From positions 310,001-374,000 of the forward strand of contig NW_027590177.1 of the NCBI RefSeq assembly GCF_964213995.1: 64,000 nt of DNA. The letters run 5' to 3'. The position numbers and the translations under genes are program-made. The notes below the pieces were generated by a model. That model was not told the origin of the DNA. It saw nothing but the letters and a program-made list of their open reading frames with translations, and made no database searches. This DNA is from Mustelus asterias. Its lineage: Eukaryota. Below are positions 36,686 through 48,909 of the stretch, piece by piece (the stretch's first letter is position 1; each line of letters opens with the position of its first letter).

Positions 36686-37043
36686 CATATAACAACACCA
36701 GACATATCAATGTTGTTACGATCCTCATAGTCACCTTATAATAAACAAATTCTCACAAATCCCAATCGAATAAACAAAGACAATGTTTCATTTTAAAACA
36801 ATTTTACTTTAAAAATTAATCTAAAATTAACATCACTGAATCATGCATTAAGAAACAGTATTTGAATAGACAGGATAAATTACACTTTAAAAAGCTCAGA
36901 CAATAAAAACAGGTTCCACAAAATCACAAACATTTCTCCCTCAGTATATTTGACTCTAATTCCAGTTCCAGAGAATTTCTCTGTCTCTGTATTTCCCAGG
37001 GGCAGAAAGAAAGTGTTTTCCTCACAGATGTTGTCCAGAGGAT

Positions 37044-37340
37044 GAAGTTTGAGTCTGTGGTGAAGTTGGAGTCTGTGTGAAGTTTGAGTCTGTGTGTGAA
37101 GTTTGAGTCTGTGGTGAAGTTTGAGTCTGTGTGTGAAGTTTGAGTCTGTGGTGAAGTTTGAGTCTGTGTGTGAAGTTTGAGTCTGTGTGTGAAGTTTGAG
37201 TCTGTGGTGAAGTTTGAGTCTGTGGTGAAGTTTGAGTCTGTGTGTGAAGTTTGAGTCTGTGGTGAAGTTTGAGTCTGTGTGTGAAGTTTGAGTCTGTGGT
37301 GAAGTTTGAGTCTGTGGTGAAGTTTGAGTCTGTGGTGAAG
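37044..37340. repeat. 18-20-bp minisatellite (gaagtttgagtctgtg[gt/tgt])n, about 15 copies
   Basis: Directly visible in the sequence. Confidence 0.95.
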
Positions 37341-37439
37341 CTACAAACAGAAGCTGTTCTGTTTCAAATCAAACTGCGGGACTTGGAAGAAAATGATGGG
37401 AAGAGATTTTGCAAAGTCCCCTCCCCCACTCCCTCAGCT

Positions 37440-37990
37440 GGCAGCCCAGCACGCAGGCGCAGAGAGCGCTGCTGAGCCGAGTTGTCCGGAGCAGGCGCAG
37501 AGAGCGCTGCTGAGCCGAGCTGTCCGGAGCAGGCGCAGAGAGCGCTGCTGAGCCGAGCTGTCCGGAGCAGGCGCAGAGAGCGCTGCTGAGCCGAGCTGTC
37601 CGGAGCAGGCGCAGAGAGCGCTGCTGAGCCGAGTTGTCCGGAGCAGGCGCAGAGAGCGCTGCTGAGCCGAGCTGTCCGGAGCAGGCGCAGTGCGGCTGGC
37701 GCCAGCGGTCGCTCTCGATCTCTTTTTGGAGCAGCCGCCGGAGAGAGAGGGGGGAGGCGGAGATCACCGCGCGGCTTCTCGCTCTGGCCCGGAGCCGCCA
37801 GCCGGTTGCCTGGAAACCTTGGCTCGAGGAGATGGCAGGGGGCGGGGGAATCAATGGGAGGGGGCGGGACTCCCATGTCTGCACGCCCGGGCCTGCACAC
37901 TGGAACTCCAGGACGTCACATCGGTACAGACTTATTCCTATTGGCTAATTCAGGCTCGGTTCCATTGTGACGTCTCAATGCGGAAGTTGG
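37440..37990. promoter_or_regulatory. CpG-island promoter, cassette P2
   Basis: Contains ggggcggga, gacgtca, ctattggct and tgacgtc, and is homologous to 9465-9580 (inverted). Confidence 0.7.
37453..37690. repeat. 38-bp GC-rich tandem repeat x6 in a promoter
   Basis: Unit gcaggcgcagagagcgctgctgagccgagctgtccgga starts at 37453, 37491, 37529, 37567, 37605 and 37643. Confidence 0.95.
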
Positions 37991-38835
37991 CCAACGATGT
38001 TCAGATTGAAACTTCCTCTTCTGGACAACATCTGGGAGGAAATCAATGTTTCTTTTCTCATTCTGGGGGAAATTGGGGACTTGCAACAACTGAAGGGAAA
38101 GGAAGTGAATCCAGGGAGGGTGCAGACTCTGGAAAGGAAACAGACAACATCGGAATTAGGAGCAAGACTCGGCCCAGGTCTCTTTTTCTTTCTCGCTCAA
38201 AGACATTGACATCCTTTAGCTCCCTCACTTTGACACTGAAGACAATGGGTTGTCTTCCCAGTGTTTATATGAAAGAAATTTCTGTTCTTTTAGTACTGGA
38301 TGTCAGATAAGTCAGGATGGTGTGTGAGTTGGAGAGGAACTTGAAGGTGATGGTGTTCCCATCTATTTGCTACCCTGGTCCTTCTAGGTGGGTGGAGGTT
38401 GAGGGTTTGGGAAACTTTCTGTCAAAGTTCTCATTGAGTTGTCAATGTACAAAATCCCTCTCCTTCACCCCGACTTCTCCTACTTCTTTCTGTCTTCTCT
38501 CAGTGTCCAGAGTCTTGTGTCCAGACCGTGTGGCAGATTTCCTGCCCTGAAGGATATCAGTGAACCCGCTGGGTTTTTATGACAATCCAGCAGTTTTCAT
38601 GATCACTTTTTCCGAGTGCCAGCCCCACAAATGACCAGATTCATTCAGCTCAATTTCACAAACTGCCTTTGTGTTTTTGTGGGTTCTCTCTCACTTCCTT
38701 TTTTCTGTTTTAAATCAATTTCACAGGGTTTTAGAAGAAGAGGATTTGCAGTTGGGAAACTGAAACCAAATATTATATCAAAACCTGATGGAGTTAGCCA
38801 ATTTATTGTAACCTGAATATCATTGTGTTTTGAAC

Positions 38836-39705
38836 ATGGAAGGAAATAGCACCGTTCACAGTGAAGAGAAACTGTACACGTGTTCTGTGTGTGGACAAGA
38901 CTTTAACCAATCATCCAGCCTTTCGGAACATAATTGCAGTCGCAACAGGGAGAAGCTGTGGAAATGTGGGGACTGTGGGAAGGGATTCGATTACCCTTCC
39001 CAGCTGGAGATTCATCGGCGCAGTCACAGTGGGGAGAGACCATTCACCTGCTCCCAGTGTGGGAGGGGATTCACTCAGTCAAACAGCTTACACATACACC
39101 AGAGAACTCACACTGACGAGAGACCATTCAACTGCTCCCAGTGTGGGAAAGGATTCACTGCCTCATCCCATCTGCTGAAACATCGGCGAATCCACACTGG
39201 GGAAAGGCCGTTCACCTGCTCCCAGTGTGGGAAGGGATTCGCTCAGTCTTCCAACCTCGCATTACACCAGCGAATTCACACTGGGGAGAGGCCATTCACT
39301 TGCTCCCAGTGTGGGAAGAGATTTGCTCAGTCAGCCACCCTCTCCACACACCAGCGGATTCACACTGATGAGAGACCTTTTAAATGTCCAGACTGTGGGA
39401 AATGCTTTAAAAATTCTGTAAATCTGCACTACCATCAACGTGTTCACACTGATGAGAAACCATTCAGGTGCTCTCACTGTGGGACTGGGTTCAAGCAATC
39501 ATCTCAACTCACTGTACACCAGCGCACTCACACTGGGGAGAGACCGTTCACCTGCTCCCAGTGTGGGAATGGATTTGCTCACTCATCCACTCTGCTGACA
39601 CACCAGCGAATTCACACCGGGGAGAAGCCGTTCACTTGTTCCAAGTGTGGAAAGGGATTCAGTCAGTCATCCAATCTGCTGAGACACCAGCGAGTTCACA
39701 AGTAA
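38836..39705 (+). CDS. C2H2 ZNF, 9 canonical fingers plus 1 degenerate (type B)
   Basis: Intact ORF starting aacATGgaagga, with an in-frame TAA 9 codons upstream. Candidate acceptor tttcacag at ~38726. Confidence 0.9.
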   Translation: MEGNSTVHSEEKLYTCSVCGQDFNQSSSLSEHNCSRNREKLWKCGDCGKGFDYPSQLEIHRRSHSGERPFTCSQCGRGFTQSNSLHIHQRTHTDERPFNCSQCGKGFTASSHLLKHRRIHTGERPFTCSQCGKGFAQSSNLALHQRIHTGERPFTCSQCGKRFAQSATLSTHQRIHTDERPFKCPDCGKCFKNSVNLHYHQRVHTDEKPFRCSHCGTGFKQSSQLTVHQRTHTGERPFTCSQCGNGFAHSSTLLTHQRIHTGEKPFTCSKCGKGFSQSSNLLRHQRVHK

Positions 39706-39949
39706 CTGTTGTGATTGGATTTTGCTGTTTTCGTGTTCAGACTGAATCATGTACCTTTGGGTCTGTTTCTGCTGAATTGAAAAGTGACTCCAGCTCTGTT
39801 ATAGGTGTTGATATAATTGGTCTTCGAAGGGGAGGATTTGGGGTCAGGAAACTTGCACAAAACATCAGATCAGGATTGGATGGAATTGCACAATGTATCG
39901 TAACCTGAACAGCAGAGAATTTTGAACAGGGAAGGAAATAGCACCGTTT

Positions 39950-42000
39950 TAATTATCCAACAGTCGCGAGATTTGAGGAAGATTCCAGTAGATTGCAAAG
40001 TAGCAAATGTAACTCCTTTATTCAAAAAAAGGAGGGAGGCAAAAAGGAAACTAAAGACCACTTAATATAAAACCTGATGTAGGGAAAATATCTTTATTAA
40101 AGATATCATGAGAATGAGAAAAATTCAGACAACCAGAGAGAGTCAGCATGGTTTGAGAAAGGGAAATCATATTCGACCTATTTATTGGAGTTCTTTGAAG
40201 GAGTCACATATACTTTGGATAAAGGGGGTCGGTTCGCTCAGTTGGCCGGGTGGCTGGTTTGTGATGCACAGCGACACCAACAGCACAGTTTCAATTCTCG
40301 TGCCAACCAAGGTTATTCATGAAGGTGCCGTCTCCTCAATCTTGCCCCTCACGTGAGGTGTGGTGATCCAAGATGATGAAAGGTATGGATAAAGCAGACG
40401 TGGAACGGATGCTTCCTCTTCTGGGGCATTCTAGGATGAGAGGTCATAGCCTTAGGATAAGGGGCAGCAAAGTTAAAACAGAGTTGAGGAGAAACTGCTT
40501 CTCCCAAAGGGTTGTGAATCTGTGGAATTCGCTGTCCCAAAGGGTGGTGGATGCTGGGACAGTGAGTAAATTTAAAGAGGAGTTGGACAGATTTTTAATT
40601 GGTAATGGGTTGAAGGGTTATGGGGAGAAGGCAGGAAAATGGGGATGAGGAGGTTATCAGCCATGATAGAATGGTGGAACAGACGCGATTGGCCGAAGGT
40701 CTAATTCTGCTCCTATATCTTATGAATTTATGATCCTCAGGTTAAGTGACCACCAGTCAGCTCTCCCTCTCAAGGGGACATCTGGGAGATGGTGACTTTA
40801 TATATTGGATAATGGGGCAGCAAAGGTGAATGTACTGTACTTAGATTTCCAAAATGCATTTGATAAGCTGCCACATCAAAGCTTAATGTGGAAAATAGAA
40901 TCTCACAGTGTGGGGGTAATATGGCATGGAAAGACGATTGGCGAGCTAACGGGAAACAGAGTTGGCACACATGGATCTTTATCTGGTTGACAGGATGTGA
41001 CGAGTGGTGTGCCAAAGCGATCAGAACTGGGACCTCTACTTTTAACAATTTATGTAAATGACTTGGATGCAAGCATGGTCGCTAAATTTGCTGAGGACAC
41101 AAAGGTAGAAAAGTAAGTTGTGAAGAGGATGTAAGGAGGCTACAAAGGGATGTAGATAAAGTTCAGCTAGTGGGCAAATATTTGGCAAATGGAGCATAAC
41201 ATGGGCAAATGTGGAATTATCAATTTTGGCAGGAATTCCTGCCAAATATTTCAAAAAACATTAAATAGTGAGAGGTTGCAGAGCTCTGAGATTCAGAGGT
41301 GTCCTAGTGCATGAATCACAAAAGGCTGGAATGCAGGTACAGCAAGTAATCAGGAAAGTTAATAGAATGTCATTGTTTATTGTGAGGAAAGTGGTTACAA
41401 AAGGAGTGAGTTTATGTTTCAGTCATACAGGACACTGGTGAGACCACATCTGGAGTGTTGTTAAAGTATTGAACTCCTTATTTAAGGAAAATGTAAATGC
41501 ATTGGAAGCAGTTCAGAGAATGTCTACCAGACTAATACCAGAAATTGGCAGGTTGTCTTATGAGGAAAGATTGGAGAATCTGGGCTTGTTCACTGGAGTT
41601 TAGAAGAACAAGAGGGGCCTTGATTGAAACCTTTTACGTTTCTGAGGGCTATTGACTGGGTTGTTGTGGAAAGGATGTTTTTTCTCTTGCAGGAGAATTT
41701 TGAACAAGGAGACACTGTTTAAAAATGTGTTTCAGACAGAGATAGGGAGAAGTGTTTTCTCTCAGAGGATCATGGATCTTTGGAACTCTCTTCCTCAAAA
41801 GGCAGAGGAAGCAGAATCTTGGAATATTTTGAAGACAGAGCAAGATGGTCTCCTGATTAACAAGGAGATGGAAGATTATTGGTGAGGGTAGTGGGCAGGA
41901 ATGTGGGGTTGAGGTTACAATCAGATCAGCCACGATCTTATTGAATGGTGGAACAGGCTCGAGGGGCCAAGTGGCCTCCTTCTGTTCCTAATTATTATGT
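39950..42000 (+). mobile_element. Old CR1 with a nested SINE (40224-40800) that itself contains a CR1 3' end (40370-40730)
   Basis: Translation YLDFQNAFDKLPH. The nested inserts are flanked by ttggataa and tgatcc direct repeats. Confidence 0.75.
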
Positions 42001-42322
42001 TCGAATGGGTCTGTTTCCATTGCTGTTAATAAACAACAGTCCATTTATAGATGTTAATATTGTGGATAATAGTCAAATAAATTGACTTTATGTTAAACAC
42101 ATGGCCTTTTTAATATCTTCAACACAGGTTCGTCCAATGATGTGCGGGTTAGGTTGATTGGCCGTGGTAAAATTGACCCGAGTGTCTGTGGGAATAGCAG
42201 GGTCATTAAGTGGGGTTATGGGAATAGGGTCTGGGTGGGATTGTGGTCAGTGCAGACTGGATGAGATGCATAGCCTCCTTCTGCACTGTAGGGATTCTAT
42301 AATTCTAGTCTTGTAATAGAAT

Positions 42323-42662
42323 GGGGCAGCACGGTAGCACAGTGGTTAGCACTGCTGCTTCACAGCTCCAGGGACCTGAGTTCAATTCTGGCCTCGAGTC
42401 ACTGTCTGTGTGGAGTTTGCACATTCTCCTCGTGTCTGCATGGGTTTCCTCCGGGTGCTCCGGTTTCCTCCCACAGTCCAAAGGTGTGCGGGTTAGGTTG
42501 ATTGGCCATGCTAAAATTGCCCCTTAGTGTCCTGAGATGTGTAGGTTAGAGGGATTAGTGGGTAAAATATGTAGGGATATGGGGGTAGGGCCTGGGTGGG
42601 ATTGTGGTCGGTGCAGACTCGATGGGCCGAATGGCCTCTTTCTGCACTGTAGGGTTTCTATG
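42323..42662 (+). mobile_element. HE1-like V-SINE (full length)
   Basis: tRNA head 'ggggcagcacggtagcacagtggttagcactgctgc..gagttcaattc', V-core 'gggtttcctccgggtgctccggtttcctcccacagtcc' and a CR1-like tail. Confidence 0.9.
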
Positions 42663-43454
42663 AGAACATTGTAACTATGTTAATATATTTCCAGGCATCG
42701 TTATTCCAATAGAGAAGGAGTCCATGTCAACTCCTTATAGAGCAATCCAGTCAGACCCATTGCCCCTCCATCTACTCATTCTCCTGCAAGATTATTTCCT
42801 TCAAGTGTGCCTCCAATTTCAGTTTGAAATCTTTAATTGCTTTCAATGCCACCAGATCCGTGGGCACCCAGTTCCAGATCATGATCACTCGCTGCACCCA
42901 CCATATCTCCAACCAAGTAATGAGTGCTGCATATTACACACATTTGAACAGGAAGTGATGAGCATAGATTGGTTAACCAACATGAATTGGCACCTTTAGG
43001 AGAATTGGGAGGGTGTATAGTGGGAAAAAGTAAAGAATTTTCTATAAAAATTGGAATTGTCTTTTCTGAATTTCTAAGTTGCACTGACAGTGATGAATTT
43101 TGGAAATTCGTGTTACAGGATATCAGAAGAGGATTTCCAGACAGAAATCTCAAAACAAATACTCATGGTGATCTGACAGATTAACTCCATTCATCGGGAC
43201 CTGGACAACATCCGCCTTTGGCATCTACAAAGAGAAATATTTGTCTGTTCTTCTGCTTCAAGAGATTTCAACCATAAATGTGATTGGAAAAGCATGGACG
43301 CACATAGATCGGAGTGAGAGCGTTCCAGTGAACTGACTGTGGAAAAAAACTCCAACACAGCTTGAAAAGACAGCACCAGTCACATTGGGGTGAGACCGTT
43401 CGGGTGTTTTGTTGTGGATGAGGCTTCAGCTGACTGTCAAACTGGGAGAGACAC

Positions 43455-44396
43455 ATGGACACCAGCACCATGGAGAAGCCATGGAAATGTGGAGACTGTG
43501 GTAAAGGATTCAATTTCTCACACCAACTGGAAACTCATCGATGTAATCACACTGGGGAGAGGCCGTTCATTTGCTTGGAGTGTGGGAAGGGATTTGCTCA
43601 TTCATCCTCCCTGCAGACACACAAACGAGTTCACACAGGAGAGTGGCCATTCACCTGCCCCGAGTGCGGGAAAGGATTCACAAGTTCATCCCACCTGCAG
43701 ACACACAAGCGAGTTCACAGCGGGGAGAAGCCATTCACCTGCTCCGATTGTGGGAAGAGATTCAGTGAATCATCCAACTTGCTGATGCACCAGCGAGGTC
43801 ACACCGGGGAGAAATGGTTCACGTGTTCAGAGTGTGGGAAGGGTTTCACTCAGTTATCCCACCTGCAGACACACGAGCGAGTTCACACCGGGGAGAGGCC
43901 ATTCATCTGCCCTGAGTGTGGGAAAGGATTCAGTAATTCATCCAACCTGCAGAGACACCAGCGAATTCACACCAGGGAGAGACCGTTCAGCTGCTCCGAG
44001 TGTGGGAAGGGATTCACTGATTCATCCTATCTGCTGATACATCAGCGAGTTCACACTGGGGAGAGGCCGTTCATCTGCCCTGAGTGTGGGAAGCGTTTCC
44101 CTTATGCATCAAATCTGCAGAAACATCGACGATTGTACACTGGGGAGAGACCATTCACCTGCCCAAATTGTGGGAAAACATTCACTCAGTCATCCCACCT
44201 GCAGACACATCAGCGAGTTCACACTGGAGAGAGACCATTCACCTGCTCTCAGTGTGGGAAAGGATTCAGTAATTCATCCAACCTGAGGACACACCAGCGA
44301 GTTCACACTGGGGAGAGACTGTTTACCTGCTCTGTGTGTGGGAAGGGATTCACTCAGTCATCGCAACTGCTGAGACACCAGCGAGTTCACAAGTGA
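43455..44396 (+). CDS. C2H2 ZNF, 11 fingers with one H>Y (type A; family ATG at 43470)
   Basis: Intact [15 protein letters not shown]. Candidate acceptor ttacag at ~43118. Confidence 0.9.
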   Translation: MDTSTMEKPWKCGDCGKGFNFSHQLETHRCNHTGERPFICLECGKGFAHSSSLQTHKRVHTGEWPFTCPECGKGFTSSSHLQTHKRVHSGEKPFTCSDCGKRFSESSNLLMHQRGHTGEKWFTCSECGKGFTQLSHLQTHERVHTGERPFICPECGKGFSNSSNLQRHQRIHTRERPFSCSECGKGFTDSSYLLIHQRVHTGERPFICPECGKRFPYASNLQKHRRLYTGERPFTCPNCGKTFTQSSHLQTHQRVHTGERPFTCSQCGKGFSNSSNLRTHQRVHTGERLFTCSVCGKGFTQSSQLLRHQRVHK

Positions 44397-46484
44397 TGAC
44401 AGGGGTTGGATTCTGCTGTTATTGCTGCTGTTAATCTCATCCAGGACTGAACCATGTTCATTCTGACAGTTGGTGAAGTGGGAGGGTCGGAGGGTTTCTT
44501 TCTGCTGGGCTGACCGACCTCACGGCTTTGCTTCCAGTGGGCTGATGCTCTTTGAGCCTGGGAGAGCACATTTCCACTGAAATTACCCACAAAAGCTGAT
44601 GAAGGATATTTATTTAATCCTGGATAGTAAATAGTGTTTTTCCTATCACTACAGGTAGATCTAAAATAAATACATTTGTCTCTGTTCCGTTAAGTCTACA
44701 GCACAGGGCCGGGCCAGTCGGCTCAATTGGTCTGTGTCAGTATTTATGCTCCACATGAGCCTCCACCCACCCCTCTTCATCTCCCCCCATCAGCATATCC
44801 TTCTATTCCTTTCTCCCTCATGTATGTATCCAGCTTCCCCTTCAATGTATTCATGCTGTTCACCTCAACCACTCGCTGTGGTAGTGAGTTCCACATTCTC
44901 ACCACTCGCTGGTAAAGAGGTTTCTCACTGAAATCCCGATTGGATTATTGAACCCCTTCATAATCTTAAAGACTTCCATCAGGTCACCCTTCAGTCTTCT
45001 CTTTTCTAGAGAAAAGCAGCCCATCATTCAAAATGTGTCAAACTTAGACTCAACCTTTAACAATGATTTTGATGCAGGGACTGAGTGTAATATATACAAT
45101 ATTGTGGAGAACAAGAAAACATTGCATTTCTATAGCACCTCTCACAACCACCGGGTGTCAGATGAACATATGAATCAGGAGCCTGTTCTGCCATTCAACA
45201 TAATCATGGCTGATCTAATTGAAACATTAACTCCACATTCCCACCTCCCCCCGATAACCTTTCACCACCTTGTTTCTCTGGAATCTATCTAACTCTGCCT
45301 TTGTCCTGAAGCATTATACAGTGAATGAAGTTCTGTGAATTGTACTGACTGTGCTAATGGAGGAAACTGCAGTTTTAAAATTCAATCATTTTCATACCAT
45401 ATTCATTGCTATAAGTAACAAGGTCAAGGAAACCATTTTAAACTCAAAGCATGTGGCTTCTAACAGTCTGTTCACCTTCTGTCAGTTGGCTTTATTCGCT
45501 ACAAATTGATTTTATATTAAAAGCCAGTCATGAAACAGATTCAGTAATGAACCTTGATTAAGGTATCGTTGGTGACTCAGTGTAATAGACAACTATACCG
45601 TAAAGGCTAGATCTTTATTTTAAAATATTAACACTGCAAAACCTGAAATGTTTCCAGAAACCGCAGAGCCGGCAGAAATTGTTTAAAGGAAGAAATTATT
45701 TTATAATTTTGATAAGCTACAGGAAATCATATTCTTCCAAAGTCCAGCTGAAGAATAAGGTTCATTGTTCAGTCTGGTCAGGATTAGTAAGGAAGAAAGC
45801 TGTTGTCTTTCTACAAACTGTCGTTTTGAACCAGTCTATCTTGCAGTAACCAAGTTTATTAATTAAAGATTACTGTATTAATTAGCTAGCAGTCAGCAAT
45901 AGATGTTTGGAGAAGTAGTGAGATTTAATTGAGTTATAATTAATAAATCAATCAAGAATCAGTCACTGTTTTTAAATTTATCTATTAGTGTCACATGTCG
46001 GCTTATAGTAAAAAGCTGAGTTTTATTTGCTGTAAAAGTGTATAATCTGAATTGCTGTGTATGTAAAGAATGTGCAATGATGATAAATGTACTTTCAAGA
46101 GAGACCTTCAAGCTCTGATTTGTCTCAAAATTTGAAATTGTCTGAACACCTGATTGTATAGAATCAGATAAAGGGTTAGTGTGAAACTGTGCAATTGTAT
46201 TCCTGTCTAAGATAATGAGAGAAGGTGGTGTCAGTAATTGGGGATCCGGTTAAATTAATCTGGTCACCAAATTGACCAAGTGTCATGTCACAATCAGCCC
46301 AACTCTGATGTCAGGTAATGGTCACTTTGGGGATAAAAGGGGCAGATGGGGTACTTGGGTTGGCATCTCATCCTAAAGGCAGCAGCTCTAATAATGCAGC
46401 ACTCCCTCAGTGCTGGCATTTTGAATGTTGGCCTCAGGTCAATGGACTGGGATTGGAAAGAACAATCTTCTGATTCAGAGTGAA

Positions 46485-46900
46485 GATTTGATTTATTATC
46501 GTCACATGTATTAGTATACAGTGAAAAGTATTGTTTCTTGCACACTATACAGACAAAGCATACCGTTCATAGAGAAGGAAACGAGAGAGTGCAGAATGTA
46601 GTGTTACAGTCATAGCTAGGATGTGGAGAAAGATCAACTTAATGCAGGTTAAGTCCATTCAAAAGTCTGATGGCAGCAGGGAAGAAGCTGTTCTTGAGTC
46701 AGTTGGTACGTGACCTCAGACTTTTGTATCTTTTTACCAACAGAAGAAGGTGGAAGAGCAAATGTCCAGGTTGTGTGGGGTCCTTAATTATGCTGGCTGC
46801 TTTTCCAAGGCAGCGGGAAATGTAGACAGAGTCAATGGATGGGAGGCTGGTTTGTGTGATGGACTGGGCTTTGTTCATGACCCTTGGTAGTTTCTTGTGG
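46485..46900 (-). mobile_element. Rex1/Babar-like 3' fragment
   Basis: Homologous to 11868-12281. Confidence 0.8.
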
Positions 46901-48150
46901 AAGAGTGTGATCCACTGCGCCGTGGCTGATACAATAGACAATACAAAGTTAGAAAGGGAAAGTTATTCTTCGCCTCCAGTGCCTCAATGTCAAAATAACA
47001 ACCTCATACAAAAACAGGTATTGAATGCACAAATGTTGAAGAGTTTGTTGAAAGCTACAAGTTTCAGGTTCCCACTTGAGCCTGGGGCACCTTTCTGTCT
47101 CTATTGCTCGTGTCAATGCCAGCCAGGCAATGGAGCTAAGAGCTGAATTTAGCTGAGAATAATGGGGCCTGTGCCCCAGTTGGGAAACTGCCCTGGGCGT
47201 CGCACTGATAGAGAGACAGGAAGGTGCTGGAGGACTGACTGGGAAATGGGCCTCCAGCCAATCGGGGCAGGAGACGGGCAATTGGGGCAGATGGTGACGG
47301 AACCCCTGGGGTTCAGTCCATGTGCCCAAAGTGTGGAGTCACAGTAACAGGTGCAGAGGAGCTGGAGAGAAACCATTTGGGCCCAGAGCATTGTGAACAT
47401 CCTTTAAATCTATAGAATTGGGATTCGGGGTGTCCATTAACCCTTTATTCTCTTTTCCCAAACTCTGAAATGATTCCCAGTGATAACCCTTATTGGTGAC
47501 AGTGGTTAGATTTTATTCAGTATCAATAAGAGCCGACACAGTCTGATGTCTGAGCAGTCGTATCAAAGTGCAGCAGCATTACCATTACACTCTGGGTAGA
47601 AGCACCACCTCCATGTAAATGCTCCCTGGTTGCCTCCCACAGTGCAAAGATGTGCAGGTTAGGCAGATTGACCAATGCTAAATTGCCCCATAGATGTCCC
47701 AAGATGTTATGGTTAGGGGGATTAGTGGGGTAAATGCGTGGGGTTATGGGGCTAGGGCGGGGAGGGATGTGTCTGGGGAAGATGCTCTGACAGAGAGTCG
47801 GTGCAGACTCGATGGGCCAAATGGCCTCCTTCTGCATTGTAGGGATTCTATGATTACCATAATTATCACAATCAGTTCCAGACAGGAAACTTAAACCTGC
47901 TGTTTCGCTCTCACTCAGGAACAGATCCCAGTTTTACACCAATCTCTGATCTGACAGCATGTTTCCAGCATTCACTGTTGTTCTTCCTGACTCTAAACAC
48001 AGTTGTAAAGGAGCCTCTGTTCCATGTCGAGGAGCTCTGAACCATGGAAGAGCAGCTGGGACACATTTCTTACCCACCTCAGGTTTAACCCATACATTTA
48101 GTCTTCAATGTGATCAACAGCAGCAACACAGAAGACTCCAACCTCTGCAC

Positions 48151-48909
48151 TCACTTGTGAATTTGCTGGTGTGTCAGCAGGTTAGAAGATTGAGTGAATC
48201 CCTTCCCACACTCAGAGCAGGTGAATGGTCTCTCCACAGTGTGAGTGCGCTGGTGTTTCAATAGATGAGATGAACAAGTAAATCTTTTCCCACACTCGGA
48301 GCAGGTGAATGGCCTCTCTCCGCTGTGAACTCGCCGGTGTGTCAGCAGTGCGGCTGATCGAGTGAATCCCTTCCCACACTCAGAGCAGGCGAATGGTCTC
48401 TCTCCAGTGTGAGTGCATCGATGTCTCAGCAGATTATCACTGTTTTTAAAGCTCTCCTCACAGTCAGGACATTTAAAAGTTCTTGCATCAGAGTGAGTGC
48501 GCTGGTGTCTCAACAGGTTGGATGAATTAATGAACCCCTTCCCACACATGGAGCAGGTGAACGGCCTCTCCCCAGTGTGAGTGCGCTGGTGTACAGTGAA
48601 TTCAGATGATTTCCTGAACCCAGTCCCGCAGTGAGAGCACCTGAATGGCCTCTGGTCAGTGTGAACACGTTGATGGGACATCAGGTCCCCAGAACTTTTA
48701 TAGCCCTTCCCGCAGTCTGGACATTTAAAAGGTCTCAGGTCAGTGTGAACTCGCTGGTGTTGCAGCAGGTTGGATGACTCTCTGAATCCCTTCCCACACA
48801 TGGAGCAGGTGAATGGCCTCTCCCCAGTGTGAGTGCGCTGATGGATTTCCAGCTGGGACGGCCATTTGAATCCCTTCCCACAATCCTCACATTTCCATGG
48901 TTTCTCCAT
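48151..48909 (-). CDS. C2H2 ZNF, 9 fingers (type A)
   Basis: Intact ORF starting accATGgagaaaccatgg at 48909. Confidence 0.9.
   Translation of the reverse strand: MEKPWKCEDCGKGFKWPSQLEIHQRTHTGERPFTCSMCGKGFRESSNLLQHQRVHTDLRPFKCPDCGKGYKSSGDLMSHQRVHTDQRPFRCSHCGTGFRKSSEFTVHQRTHTGERPFTCSMCGKGFINSSNLLRHQRTHSDARTFKCPDCEESFKNSDNLLRHRCTHTGERPFACSECGKGFTRSAALLTHRRVHSGERPFTCSECGKRFTCSSHLLKHQRTHTVERPFTCSECGKGFTQSSNLLTHQQIHK

Noticed and set aside
37044-37690. CRISPR-like appearance of the short repeats, and ORFs 37364..37900 and 37369..37884
   Set aside because: The repeats are head-to-tail with no unique spacers, in eukaryotic DNA. The ORFs are by-products of GC-rich repeats.
42323-42400. tRNA-like sequences at 42323, 51018, 54089, 60652 and 61765 as tRNA genes
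   Set aside because: They are SINE heads continuing into V-SINE or SacSINE-like bodies.
44393-44550. Possible C/D snoRNA (gtgatga..ctga) in the ZNF 3' UTR shared with 7195-7357
   Set aside because: The box C candidate is the stop codon context and is not conserved in the paralogous UTR. No terminal stem was seen.
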